Shown: positions 19,984 through 29,719 of the stretch, piece after piece
Position numbering within the stretch: position 1 is the first letter of the stretch
How the letters are laid out: each line of letters starts with the position of its first letter
Assembly: GCA_963790025.1 (NCBI GenBank)
Contig: CAWBMP010000004.1
Span: 544,001-608,000 of the forward strand
DNA from: Nitrospirota bacterium
GTDB lineage: Bacteria > Nitrospirota > Thermodesulfovibrionia > Thermodesulfovibrionales > Dissulfurispiraceae
Reading direction: 5' to 3'
Length of the DNA stretch: 64,000 nucleotides
The notes under the pieces: generated by a model
Told to the model about the DNA's origin: nothing
Databases searched by the model: none
What the model saw: only the letters and a program-made list of their open reading frames with translations
Position numbers and translations under genes: made by a program

Positions 19984-20694
19984 TTATTGCCTCATTTTCA
20001 ATTTCCTGAAAATATCCATCAGCTCAGCGGCAGAAAGCTGTCCCGGTGCAGACGGAGTATTGATATAGCCATATGTAATCAGCGAGCCGAAGAGCGGGCC
20101 GAATACCCGTGAGGGCAATCCCTTATCACCCATTGCCATCGTTATTATACCCTTGCTTTTATGGCGCAGCGTAAGCAGCATCAACCTGACAAAATCATTC
20201 TCCTCTATTGCCGTTACCGCTATTTTCACCACGTCTGCACCTTTCTGTATCCCTGACGCGATAACCTGTTCGAGAAAAATGTCAGGCGGAGTCAAATCGA
20301 AATTGTGGTAAGAACCTATGAGAAGCTTCCCTTTGTCCCTGCACAATTCCTTTGCGCGCTTCAGCATATCTCCCGAACAGACTTCAACATCGACGGCATC
20401 GGCGAAGTGGATTAAAAGGCGATACATATCCAGCCTGTCCTGAATTTCTTTTTGCCCGCCCTCTTTAATGTCTCTGACCGTACCTATAATCGGCTTGCCG
20501 AACTTGTCCCTTGCGGACCGGAATACCTGTTCAATATGTTCCGGCGCCAGAGAGTCGAACATATCAACCCTTAATTCAATAATATCAGTGTTGCTAAGGC
20601 GTTCAGGCCCGATACCCGATACATCGGAATCCGTGAGCACTCCAACAATTAGCGGCAGGTCCCCCAATTTACAATTACCGATAAACAGGTCCAT
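19984..20694 (-). CDS. aroD: Type I 3-dehydroquinate dehydratase
   Basis: IELRVD, TVR...EGG, SYHNF..TP, KIAV, SAPGQ. Confidence 0.93.
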   Translation of the reverse strand: MDLFIGNCKLGDLPLIVGVLTDSDVSGIGPERLSNTDIIELRVDMFDSLAPEHIEQVFRSARDKFGKPIIGTVRDIKEGGQKEIQDRLDMYRLLIHFADAVDVEVCSGDMLKRAKELCRDKGKLLIGSYHNFDLTPPDIFLEQVIASGIQKGADVVKIAVTAIEENDFVRLMLLTLRHKSKGIITMAMGDKGLPSRVFGPLFGSLITYGYINTPSAPGQLSAAELMDIFRKLKMRQ

Positions 20695-20778
20695 ATGTAA
20701 GTAGTATACTTAATAACAGATATGGAAATCTAAGATGTTTTATTAAGATTACAAACCTTATAATCCGGAGGGAATAAA

Positions 20779-21219
20779 GTGAACAATCCTTTACAGATCA
20801 AAATTAAATACTTCGATGACACAGTGCCCCGCATCCAAAAGGTCGAGAAAGGAGACTGGATTGACCTCTATGCGGCCGAAAACGTCAGGCTCAGTGCCGG
20901 TGATTCCTTCCTCGTCCCATTAGGCATAGCAATGAGACTGCCTGATGGATACGAGGCCCATGTCGCGCCCCGTTCGAGCACATTTAAAACATGGGGTATT
21001 CTGCAGCCTAACTCGCCGGGGATTGTCGACAGTGCTTATTGCGGCGACAACGACCAGTGGAAAATGTCGGTGTACGCCGCAAAAGACACGACTATCCATA
21101 AGGGCGACAAAATCTGTCATTTCAGAATTATAGAAAAGATGCCCGAAGTAATCTTTGAGGAAGTCCAAACGCTCGGCAATCCCGACCGCGGAGGATTCGG
21201 CAGTACCGGGAAAAAATAG
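20779..21219 (+). CDS. dut: dUTP diphosphatase (trimeric)
   Basis: [28 protein letters not shown]. Confidence 0.93.
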   Translation: MNNPLQIKIKYFDDTVPRIQKVEKGDWIDLYAAENVRLSAGDSFLVPLGIAMRLPDGYEAHVAPRSSTFKTWGILQPNSPGIVDSAYCGDNDQWKMSVYAAKDTTIHKGDKICHFRIIEKMPEVIFEEVQTLGNPDRGGFGSTGKK

Positions 21220-21321
21220 GACATCACTTGTAACTTTACAATGGTAATATTAGACTTAATGATATAGATCGAAATGACTGCGCTATCGGTAACAATACGT
21301 GCGCAAAGGGGGCTGGAAAAG

Positions 21322-21984
21322 ATGTCTAAATTGAGCAAGACAGTAGTAAGTTTAACGATATTTCTATTGTTAGCGGGGACCGCGCATGCTTATCAGCAAT
21401 TGGAGGGAGGTGTTGTATCATGGGTGACCACTGCTGAAAATACGAATACAGAAAACTACGGACCTCCTCAACAATATACAGCGCCGGCTCCTCCTCCCAC
21501 AGGAAACTACGGACCTCCTCAACAATATACAGCGCCAGCTCCTCCTCCGACAGGAAACTACGGACCTCCTCAACAATATACAGCGCCGGCTCCTCCTTCA
21601 ACAGGAAACTACGGACCTCCTCCGCAATATGCAGTGCCTGCTCCTCCTTCGGTGGTTGTAATACCCGGGACCTATGTATACGTTGTTCCTGATAGCAGAG
21701 TGCCAATTTTGTTTTATCACGGCAGCTGGTGGCGTCCCTTTGAAGGACGCTGGTACAGATCCAATTACTATAACGGACCGTGGTTCTATGTCAGACGTCG
21801 CGGCGTTCCCAGGGTTTTAATAACAATGCCGCCGGATTATTACTACAGCATACCACCCGGCAGCCCTTGGATACCCTATGTCGAGCTGAGAGATAATTGG
21901 GAGAGATGGGAAAGAGAGCGCCACTGGGACAGGCATGAAGAACGACGGGACGAGCACAGAGAAAGGCACTTTGACTATCGATAG
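21322..21984 (+). CDS. Secreted Pro-rich repeat protein with aromatic-rich C-terminal region
   Basis: Signal peptide ending AHA, 17-aa tandem repeats, W/Y-rich domain, charged tail; start taken as MSKLSK. Confidence 0.75.
   Translation: MSKLSKTVVSLTIFLLLAGTAHAYQQLEGGVVSWVTTAENTNTENYGPPQQYTAPAPPPTGNYGPPQQYTAPAPPPTGNYGPPQQYTAPAPPSTGNYGPPPQYAVPAPPSVVVIPGTYVYVVPDSRVPILFYHGSWWRPFEGRWYRSNYYNGPWFYVRRRGVPRVLITMPPDYYYSIPPGSPWIPYVELRDNWERWERERHWDRHEERRDEHRERHFDYR
21451..21650 (+). repeat. 51-bp coding tandem repeat (3 near-identical copies plus 1 diverged)
   Basis: Units start at 21451, 21502, 21553, 21604; encode GNYGPPQQYTAPAPPPT. Confidence 0.9.
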
Positions 21985-22099
21985 CCCGGTAATTTTCTTG
22001 CTTCAGGCGCCTGAAACAGGTTAAAATGTGGCGTCCTGGTAACAGGAGGCCGGAAGAGCAAAATCGTAATACCGGCAGACAATTAAATGGTAGTAAAAA

Positions 22100-22172
22100 G
22101 GGCGGTTAGCTCAGCTGGGAGAGCATCACGTTCGCAACGTGGGGGTCGAGGGTTCGAATCCCTTACCGTCCA
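22100..22172 (+). tRNA. tRNA-Ala(CGC), CCA end not encoded
   Basis: Acceptor GGGCGGT/ACCGTCC with G3:U70, anticodon loop TTCGCAA, T-loop GTTCGAATC. Confidence 0.95.
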
Positions 22173-22245
22173 TTTTCCTTTTCTTGCGGTTTCAAGAAGT
22201 TGTATTTGACAAACTGTTTTGGCAATAGGCCGACGTTCGTTTAAA

Positions 22246-22731
22246 TCAATACTCTTCCAGATGGTACCACTCGGGGTTTTCGAGCCAGGTCTGCGGACGG
22301 GAAACGAAGTTGATTATCTCTTCCAATATGAAATAATGTTTTTTTTCTTCATCAGCGATCCTGATAAATATCTCTTTTTGAACAGGACCTTTAACTTTAT
22401 CCGCCTGTTGCAGATAAAAGTCCCTTGAATTTTTCTCTATCTCCTGGGCTCTTTTATACTGTTCCGTATGAGTGATATGCACATCTATATTTTTTTCTTC
22501 AGCTCTCATCTTTACAAAGATATTATTAACCTGCAACAAAATTTTTGTGTCGGATACATGGACTTCTTCATTGTCTTTCATCTTCCTGAAAATATTGTAA
22601 TGGACCGCCTCTGCCTCCGCAAGCATGGTCAATATGTTTCTGATCCCCGTGTTCATTGTCATCTTCGCCAACTCACGGTAATAGTTCTCACCGTCCTTCT
22701 CCATCTTCATTGCAAATTCGTATATATTCAT
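22246..22731 (-). CDS. Ferritin-like/rubrerythrin-family diiron protein
   Basis: E...EAVH and E...EKKH repeats. Confidence 0.88.
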   Translation of the reverse strand: MNIYEFAMKMEKDGENYYRELAKMTMNTGIRNILTMLAEAEAVHYNIFRKMKDNEEVHVSDTKILLQVNNIFVKMRAEEKNIDVHITHTEQYKRAQEIEKNSRDFYLQQADKVKGPVQKEIFIRIADEEKKHYFILEEIINFVSRPQTWLENPEWYHLEEY

Positions 22732-22802
22732 CGGGACCTTCCTTTCATTTAAAAAAACCTATAGCCTATTGCCGGTAGCCTATAACCCGTATGTATCATA
22801 TA

Positions 22803-25800
22803 TTATTCTTCGAGGACCCATTTCGCCATGTGTTTCAGATACTGCCATCTTCTTTTAACGTCTGCCTCAGCCTGTTTCATGAGGGCAGCCGCCAATTCCG
22901 GATTGCTCGCACTCAAGGCCCTGTAACGGTTCTCATTATATGCATACTCCTCGAAGGAGATCGTCGGCTCCTTGCTGTCGATAACAAGCGGGCTCTTGCC
23001 CTGGTATTCCAGTTCAGGGTTATACCGGTAGAGGGGCCAGTGGCCGCAAGCAACCGCCCTTCTCTGTTCTTCTATACCCTTGCTCATATCGATTCCCTGG
23101 GCTATGCAGGTAGAGTAGGCTACAATTAATGAGGGGCCGTTGTACGCCTCGGCCTCAATTAACGCCTTCACCGCATGGGCAGGATTTGCACCGAACGCAA
23201 TTTGAGCGACGTACACGTTTCCATACGACGCCATAATGAGACCGATGTTCTTTTTCGGCGTCCGCTTCCCGCCGGCCGCAAATTGAGCGGTAGCGGCAAG
23301 GGGCGTAGACTTTGACATCTGTCCTCCCGTGTTGGAGTAGACCTCGGTGTCGAGGATCAGAATGTTGACGTTTTTACCCAGTGCCACGACCTGGTCGAGC
23401 CCTCCGTAACCGATGTCGTAGGCCCACCCGTCTCCGCCGACCGCCCATACGGATTTATTTACGAGGTAATCGGCCAGGGACAACAGGCTCTTTGCTTCCG
23501 GCGAACTGTCTTTCGAGAGTATCTCTTTAAGCTCCAGAACACGGACCCTCTGTTCTTCTATCATTTCCTGTTTCGTCTGATCGGCATTTTTAATGGAATC
23601 GAAGAGTTCACGTGTGCCGGCATATGCGGTATTCCTGGCGAGTTTCTCAATCAGTTCCAAAGCCTGGGACCTGAACTTGTCCACCGTCAGCTTCATTCCA
23701 AACCCGAATTCGGCGTTGTCTTCGAACAGGGAATTCGACCATGCAGGACCTCTGCCATCGGCACGTTTTGCATACGGGGTAGTCGGCAGGTTGCCGCCGT
23801 AAATTGACGAACATCCCGTAGCATTGGCAATTAATAAGCGGTCGCCGAAAAGCTGAGTAAGCAGTTTCAGGTACGGCGTTTCCCCGCACCCTGCACATGC
23901 TCCGCTATACTCGAAAAGCGGCTTCACTAACTGGCTGCCCTTAACTGTCGATATGCTGTACCGGGAAGGGTCTGTCTCAGGAAGGCCGAGGAAGAATGAG
24001 TAATACCCCGCCTCCCGTGCCCTAAGCGGCTCCTGGAAAACCATGTTGATGGCCTTGAAACCGGGGACCCTATTGCCTTCAGCGTCTTTTTTGAAGCCTG
24101 GACACATGAACACGCAGGAACCGCAGCCGGTGCAGTCCTCGGGTGCTACCTGTACGGTGAATTTCAGTCCCGCCAGTTCCTTTCCCTTGGCATCGACAGA
24201 CCTGAACCCTGAAGGTGCATCTTTCAGCAGGGCCGGGTCGTAGGCCTTAATTCTTATCGTTGCGTGCGGGCAGACAAATGAGCACTGGCCGCACTGGATG
24301 CAGATATCGGGCTCCCAAACCGGTATATGGACGCCGATGTTCCGCTTTTCGTACTGCGTGGTACCAGTCGGCCATGTTCCGTCTGCAGGCATGTCTGAAA
24401 CACATATGCCATCGCCCTTGCCTGCGAGCATTTGAGAAGTAACCTTCCTGATAAACTCCGGCGCGTTATCGGGAACCGGCAGCTTTAGCCATGTCGAGCT
24501 CGTGACCTTTTCAGGGACAGGCACCTGAACTATGTTTTCGAGGGCCTTATCGACCGCGGCATAGTTCATCTTGATCACCTGCTCCCCTTTCTTCATGTAA
24601 GTCTTTTTGATTTCAGCCTTAATCGCCCGGATCGCCTCCTCTCTTGGAATAATCCCCGAGATCACAAAGAAGGCGGTCTGCATGATCATATTGATCCTTC
24701 CCCCCAGGCCAAGCTCCTCTGCGAGCGATATTGCGTCGATGATGTAGAACTTCATATGTCTCTGAATGAGGGTCTCCTGGACCTCAGCCGGCAAGGTGTC
24801 CCATATCTTGTCCCTGCTGTGCGGCGTGGCAAGAAGGAAGGTCGCACCCTCCTCCGCACGGGAGAGCATATCGTATTTCTCGACAAACGCCGGATTGTGG
24901 CATGCGATGAAATCGGCCTTAGTCAGGGAATAGGGAAAGAGTATCTTCTCTTTGTTGAAACGAAGATGAGACACGGTCATTGAGCCGGACTTCTTGGAAT
25001 CATAGGTGAAATAACCCTGGGCATAGTTGTCGGTAACTTCGCCGATTATTTTTATTGTATTCTTGTTCGCCCCGACTGTACCATCGGAACCAAGCCCGTA
25101 GAACATGGCACGGTAAGAGCCCAACCCCCGAATGATAAATGAAGGGTCGTATGCGAGGCTGGTCCCGATGACATCGTCGTTTATGCCGATAGTAAAATGG
25201 TTCTTTGGCTCGGTCAATGCAAGGTTGTCGAAGACCGCCTTTGCCATCGCAGGCGTGAACTCCTTCGAACCAAGACCGTAACGTCCTCCTACAATCCGGT
25301 GCGGATACTTTTTGAACCGCGCCGTCCCGCGCTCCATCGCCTCACCTATTGCAGTCCTGACGTCCAAGTAGAGGGGTTCACCAATCGCGCCGGGCTCCTT
25401 TGTACGGTCCAGGACAGCCATCGTTTTCACGCTGGCAGGAAGAGTCCGGACAAAGCTGTCGGTATCAAAGGGCCTGAAAAGCCTCACCTGGACCAGTCCC
25501 AGCTTTTCCCCTTTCGCGTTCAGGGCGTTGATTGTGGTGAGCACAGTTTCACCGCCCGATCCTAATATCACAATCACCCGCTCGGCTTCAGGGTCACCGT
25601 AATAATCGAAAAGGTGATACTGTCTCCCTACTATTCCAGCAAACTTGTCCATGGTCTTCTGCACAATTGCGGGGGTGGCATTGTAAAACTTATTAACCGT
25701 TTCCCTGCCCTGGAAATAGACATCCGGGTTCTGTGCCGTGCCGCGCAGCATAGGACGGTCGGGGGTAAGCGCCCTCATGCGGTGTGCGCGAACAAGGTCG

Positions 25801-26390
25801 TCGTCTATCATGGCCCTCATATCGTCAAAGGTCAACTCCTCGACCTTCTGGATCTCATGGGATGTTCTGAACCCGTCAAAGAAGTGAACGAAAGGGACCC
25901 TCGATTCAAGGGTTGCGGCCTGAGAGATGAGCGCAAAGTCCATCACCTCCTGGACGTCCCGGGAACACAGCATTGCAAAACCTGTGGCGCGCGTCGCCAT
26001 AACATCCGAATGGTCTCCGAAGATACTGAGCGCCTGGGCTGCAAGGGCGCGGGCCGTTACATGAAATACCGTCGGCGTGAGTTCTCCCGCTATTTTGTAC
26101 ATGTTCGGCATGATCAAAAGAAGGCCCTGGGAAGCGGAAGTCGTCGTGGTCAAGGCCCCGGTGGTAAGAGAACCGTGGACCGAACCCGCAACACCGGCTT
26201 CCGACTGCATCTGGCTCACCAGAGGAACAGACCCCCATATATTCACCATGCCGGCGGCAGATTTCGCATCGCATATCTCTGCAATGGGGGAAGAAGGGGT
26301 TATCGGGTAAATTGTTATTATCTCATTGGTAGCATGCGCCACATGTGCGCATGCTGTACAGCCATCAACAGTCACCATTCGCCTGCTCAT
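22803..26390 (-). CDS. nifJ: Pyruvate:ferredoxin (flavodoxin) oxidoreductase, single-chain
   Basis: YPITPSS, two CxxCxxC motifs, FEYSGACAGCGETPY, GGDGWAYDIG; start placed at ATG 26390 (MSRRMVTVDG). Confidence 0.97.
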   Translation of the reverse strand: MSRRMVTVDGCTACAHVAHATNEIITIYPITPSSPIAEICDAKSAAGMVNIWGSVPLVSQMQSEAGVAGSVHGSLTTGALTTTTSASQGLLLIMPNMYKIAGELTPTVFHVTARALAAQALSIFGDHSDVMATRATGFAMLCSRDVQEVMDFALISQAATLESRVPFVHFFDGFRTSHEIQKVEELTFDDMRAMIDDDLVRAHRMRALTPDRPMLRGTAQNPDVYFQGRETVNKFYNATPAIVQKTMDKFAGIVGRQYHLFDYYGDPEAERVIVILGSGGETVLTTINALNAKGEKLGLVQVRLFRPFDTDSFVRTLPASVKTMAVLDRTKEPGAIGEPLYLDVRTAIGEAMERGTARFKKYPHRIVGGRYGLGSKEFTPAMAKAVFDNLALTEPKNHFTIGINDDVIGTSLAYDPSFIIRGLGSYRAMFYGLGSDGTVGANKNTIKIIGEVTDNYAQGYFTYDSKKSGSMTVSHLRFNKEKILFPYSLTKADFIACHNPAFVEKYDMLSRAEEGATFLLATPHSRDKIWDTLPAEVQETLIQRHMKFYIIDAISLAEELGLGGRINMIMQTAFFVISGIIPREEAIRAIKAEIKKTYMKKGEQVIKMNYAAVDKALENIVQVPVPEKVTSSTWLKLPVPDNAPEFIRKVTSQMLAGKGDGICVSDMPADGTWPTGTTQYEKRNIGVHIPVWEPDICIQCGQCSFVCPHATIRIKAYDPALLKDAPSGFRSVDAKGKELAGLKFTVQVAPEDCTGCGSCVFMCPGFKKDAEGNRVPGFKAINMVFQEPLRAREAGYYSFFLGLPETDPSRYSISTVKGSQLVKPLFEYSGACAGCGETPYLKLLTQLFGDRLLIANATGCSSIYGGNLPTTPYAKRADGRGPAWSNSLFEDNAEFGFGMKLTVDKFRSQALELIEKLARNTAYAGTRELFDSIKNADQTKQEMIEEQRVRVLELKEILSKDSSPEAKSLLSLADYLVNKSVWAVGGDGWAYDIGYGGLDQVVALGKNVNILILDTEVYSNTGGQMSKSTPLAATAQFAAGGKRTPKKNIGLIMASYGNVYVAQIAFGANPAHAVKALIEAEAYNGPSLIVAYSTCIAQGIDMSKGIEEQRRAVACGHWPLYRYNPELEYQGKSPLVIDSKEPTISFEEYAYNENRYRALSASNPELAAALMKQAEADVKRRWQYLKHMAKWVLEE

Positions 26391-26397
26391 AGGAAAA

Positions 26398-26426
26398 ATT
26401 ATCACACTTTACAGATGTCCTGTCAA
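26398..26426 (-). promoter_or_regulatory. Sigma70 promoter of nifJ
   Basis: TTGACA-N17-GATAAT with extended TG, 7 nt before the ATG. Confidence 0.8.
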
Positions 26427-26428
26427 GG

Positions 26429-26607
26429 TATATGGCAGTTGGTCAGTTTGTTTTTGCTCTGGATCACCTGGGTTCTCAGCAGTGGGGCGGTAAAGCCCGC
26501 CCCACATATCGAGAAAGGGCTGCCAAAGTAATCTTCCGTACATGTTAGTATTGGAAGCGAAAGACTATTTGATCCAGAGCAAAAACAAACTGACCAACTG
26601 CCATATA
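26429..26607. mobile_element. MITE-like element, 179 bp, perfect 38-bp terminal inverted repeats
   Basis: TATATGGCAGTTGGTCAGTTTGTTTTTGCTCTGGATCA (26429-26466) and its exact reverse complement (26570-26607); partial copies elsewhere in the window. Confidence 0.85.
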
Positions 26608-26694
26608 TACGAATGGTGGATTGTTGGTAATTCTTGTGATAGAGTTTGAGTAAAGGGAAGCAGTACGTCGCAACCCACGTTAAAGGAGAAAACA

Positions 26695-27714
26695 ATGAGA
26701 GTTTTTGAGATCAAAGACACTTTTGGCATCGATAACCTGGTGCTTTCCGAGCGTCCGGAACCCTCCCCCGGCCATGGTCAGATAATTGTAAAAGTCCGGG
26801 CAGTGTCCCTCAACTACCGCGATATTCTTGTCATAAAAGGCCTTTATAATCCGAAAATCCCTTTACCTCTTATTCCCTTCTCGGACGGAGCGGGAGATGT
26901 CGTCTACGTTGGCGATGGGGTCAAACGCATAAAAATTGGCGACCGCGTCGCCGGTATATTCATGCAGAATTGGCTGGCTGGCAAAGTGTCCGAGGCCAAA
27001 ACCAAACCGGCGTTGGGCGGAGACGTCGATGGGATGCTGGCCGAGTACGTTGTACTCCATGAAGACGGTGTAGTGCAGATCCCGGAGCACCTTACTTACG
27101 AAGAAGCGGCCACACTGCCATGTGCGGCAGTCACTGCCTGGCATGCAGTCATCGAGAACGAATTGAAACCCGGAGAAAGTATACTCTCACTTGGCACCGG
27201 CGGGGTTTCATTGTTTGCCCTGCAGTTCGCTCGCATGGCCGGGGCAAGGGTGATCATCACTTCAAGCAGCGAGGAAAAACTGGCAAGGGCCAGGAAACTG
27301 GGCGCAACGGATTGCATCAACTATCGGTCTGTCCCCGACTGGTCCGGTCAGGTTCGTGTGCTCACCAATGGAACTGGAGTTGATCTTGTTGTTGAAGTTG
27401 GGGGCGCCGGTACACTGCCGCAATCACTCAGGGCAGTGCGCACGGGAGGACGAATAAGCCTGATCGGGGTATTGAGCGGAACTGCGGGGGAGTTTAATCC
27501 GCTTCCGATTATCATGAAGAATATCCGCATGCAGGGAATCTTCGTCGGCTCGCGCGAGATGTTCGAAGCCATGAACCGGGCCATCAGCATTCATCAGCTT
27601 CATCCGGTTGTAGATCGTGTGTTTCCCTTTGAGGAAACCAAAGAGGCGCTGCGGTATATGGAGAGTGCCGCGCATTTCGGCAAAATCTGCATAAGGATGC
27701 AGCAGCCAGTGTAA
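26695..27714 (+). CDS. NAD(P)-dependent medium-chain (MDR) oxidoreductase
   Basis: SLNYRD, SDGAG, LPCAAVTAW, GTGGVS, HFGKI. Confidence 0.9.
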   Translation: MRVFEIKDTFGIDNLVLSERPEPSPGHGQIIVKVRAVSLNYRDILVIKGLYNPKIPLPLIPFSDGAGDVVYVGDGVKRIKIGDRVAGIFMQNWLAGKVSEAKTKPALGGDVDGMLAEYVVLHEDGVVQIPEHLTYEEAATLPCAAVTAWHAVIENELKPGESILSLGTGGVSLFALQFARMAGARVIITSSSEEKLARARKLGATDCINYRSVPDWSGQVRVLTNGTGVDLVVEVGGAGTLPQSLRAVRTGGRISLIGVLSGTAGEFNPLPIIMKNIRMQGIFVGSREMFEAMNRAISIHQLHPVVDRVFPFEETKEALRYMESAAHFGKICIRMQQPV

Positions 27715-27715
27715 G

Positions 27716-27902
27716 AAGTGTAATGAAGGACATGTCTCTGGAGCGAATCGCGGAGTCTTGGTAACAGTTCTCGGCGAGTGAGCGTTAAGCAGGCGCGAAA
27801 CTGAAGCCCGAAGAGCTGAATTTTGCGCCTGTAGCGAAGCGAGCTGTTAGAACTGTCAAGACGCAGCGTCTGAGCGGAAGAGATATGTCCTTCATTACAC
27901 TT
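27716..27902. mobile_element. 187-bp foldback element (MITE/REP-like) between convergent genes
   Basis: 24-bp terminal IR with one mismatch (27716-27739 / 27879-27902) plus nested internal stems. Confidence 0.75.
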
Positions 27903-27914
27903 TTCATTGAAGGT

Positions 27915-28676
27915 TTAAATCCCTAATATATCAGTCGCCTTATGGCGGCCGGCGACGTGGAGCGGGAGGTTGTTGTTCAATAAATTGCGATGGGTCTGCA
28001 ACGCCAAATACGGGTTGTTATTATGCTCGGAAAGATGGGCAAGGCATGCCCATTTCAGGCGATTGCCTGATTTCAGCAGGTGAGCTGCATCAAGGTTTGA
28101 GATGTGTCCGCCCGGGCCCTGTATACGGCGCTTTAAGAATTCAGGATACGGCCCGCGGGCAAGCATTCCGGGGTCGTAATTACTTTCGATGAATACGGCA
28201 TCAAGCGATGCGATAACATCAGCGAGTTCTTCAAAGGCATGCCCCAGGTCGGTCAATATGCCAAGTCGTTTCCCGCCGCAGGCGACCACAAAAGCAGATC
28301 CGTCCACACTGTCATGGGGTGTAGGGATTGTACGGACGGACACTCCTCCGAATACAAGGGTCCCCCCCGAAAAGAAAAAATGTACATCGTCCAGCCGCCC
28401 CAGCCTATGTCTCTTCTCGGATATGTCCAGCGTGCCAGGTGTCATATAGAGGGGCAGCTTGTATTTTCTTTGATAGACCCCGGCAAAACGGACATGGTCC
28501 GCGTGGTCGTGTGATATGATTACCGCATCGATGTCTCTGATATTGCGCCCATGGCTTGCGAGCCTGCGTTCCGCATCAGCCCCGCATATTCCGGCGTCAA
28601 ACAAAAGCCTGATGCCGCCTGTCTCTATATAAATACAGTTGCCATTGCTCCCCGATTGAAGCGAGATCGCAATCAT
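27915..28676 (-). CDS. Metallo-beta-lactamase-fold hydrolase (YycJ/WalJ-like)
   Basis: SGSNGN, SHDHADH, PHD, TDLG, ESNYD, HLSEHNN. Confidence 0.88.
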   Translation of the reverse strand: MIAISLQSGSNGNCIYIETGGIRLLFDAGICGADAERRLASHGRNIRDIDAVIISHDHADHVRFAGVYQRKYKLPLYMTPGTLDISEKRHRLGRLDDVHFFFSGGTLVFGGVSVRTIPTPHDSVDGSAFVVACGGKRLGILTDLGHAFEELADVIASLDAVFIESNYDPGMLARGPYPEFLKRRIQGPGGHISNLDAAHLLKSGNRLKWACLAHLSEHNNNPYLALQTHRNLLNNNLPLHVAGRHKATDILGI

Positions 28677-28685
28677 TCCCGTGGG

Positions 28686-29561
28686 TTAAAACTTGAAGAG
28701 ATGAATCATTTTGGACTTGTCCACCCTTTTCAACTTGATACCATCCTCTTTAATCTCTATCACCTCAAGCTTGTAAAGCCCGCCTACTGCCTTCTTGAAA
28801 GTTTTTTTACTCATGTGTACCATCTCCCGTATCTGTCCGGGTTCAGAATGATCTCCAAGCGGCAGAAAACCGCGATGTTCCTTCAATGCCTTTAGGATAA
28901 CATCCTTGGCCTGCTCAAGGTCTGCAGGTCCTGCTTTGCCAAGCATGACATCTATTTTCCCGTCAGGCCTTATCCTGTTTACAAATCCTTCGGCTTTATC
29001 ACCGATATGGAGTTTTTCGAATACCTCGTTTTTGTACAGCATACCGAAGTATCTGTTATTAATAATGACCTTTATTCCGTAGTCGGTAAAACGGTAGACC
29101 AGAAGCGAAACATTTTCTCCTTGACGAAGGGCGCTTGTGTCCTCTTCTATAAACTTCCTGATTTTTGCTGTTGCCGCTATTCGCTGCGTACGCTCATCGA
29201 GAAAAATCCCGACAATGTATTTTTTCCCTACTTCCATTTTTTCGGATTGCTCACTGTATGGTACAAGAAGGTCTTTTTGAATCCCCCAATCCAGAAACGC
29301 TCCGGCCCTCGTTACCGAGACTACTTTAAGGTAAGCAAATTCACCTGCAACAGCGGCGGGCGACAGCGTTGTTGCAATCAGCTTGTCTTCAGAATCCCTG
29401 TATACGAATACCCGCACTCTGTCCCCTGCACTGGCCCCTTGCGGGACATACTTGCGGGGCAGTAGAATTTCGCCGGCATCGGAACCGAGGTAAGCGCCGC
29501 CGGCAGTCTCGCGCTCTATTTCCAGTTCGTTAAACTTGCCTGTTTCAAGATGGGCCTGCAT
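28686..29561 (-). CDS. S1-domain RNA-binding protein, CvfB family
   Basis: GAYL...ILLP...FVYRDSEDKLIAT, GAFLDWG..KDLLVP, MSKKTFKKAVGGLYK; start placed at ATG 29561. Confidence 0.88.
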   Translation of the reverse strand: MQAHLETGKFNELEIERETAGGAYLGSDAGEILLPRKYVPQGASAGDRVRVFVYRDSEDKLIATTLSPAAVAGEFAYLKVVSVTRAGAFLDWGIQKDLLVPYSEQSEKMEVGKKYIVGIFLDERTQRIAATAKIRKFIEEDTSALRQGENVSLLVYRFTDYGIKVIINNRYFGMLYKNEVFEKLHIGDKAEGFVNRIRPDGKIDVMLGKAGPADLEQAKDVILKALKEHRGFLPLGDHSEPGQIREMVHMSKKTFKKAVGGLYKLEVIEIKEDGIKLKRVDKSKMIHLFKF

Positions 29562-29719
29562 GCTTTCTATACTCACATACCGTAAAAGAATATTACAAGT
29601 ACGTGAAACGTAACGGCTTCGATGCGTGAGAGTAAACATAAGTTCCGGGATGTGTCGGGAATGGTATATAATATATAAGCAAAGATATTGATATCAGGTA
29701 TCTGTGTGGGAGGAGTTCG

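Noticed and set aside
21451..21650. Regular repeats as a CRISPR array
   Set aside because: Contiguous in-frame 51-bp units with no unique spacers and no cas genes.
25614..26531. 305-aa plus-strand ORF, and similar long antisense ORFs such as 42173-42967 and 35810-36532
   Set aside because: They overlap well-supported genes on the other strand and have no recognisable motifs.
26423..26695. 90-aa minus-strand ORF as a transposase of the MITE
   Set aside because: Too short, no DDE or HUH motif, and it extends beyond the element.
22100..27900. Genomic island integrated at tRNA-Ala
   Set aside because: No integrase, no duplicated tRNA 3' end seen, and downstream genes are metabolic.
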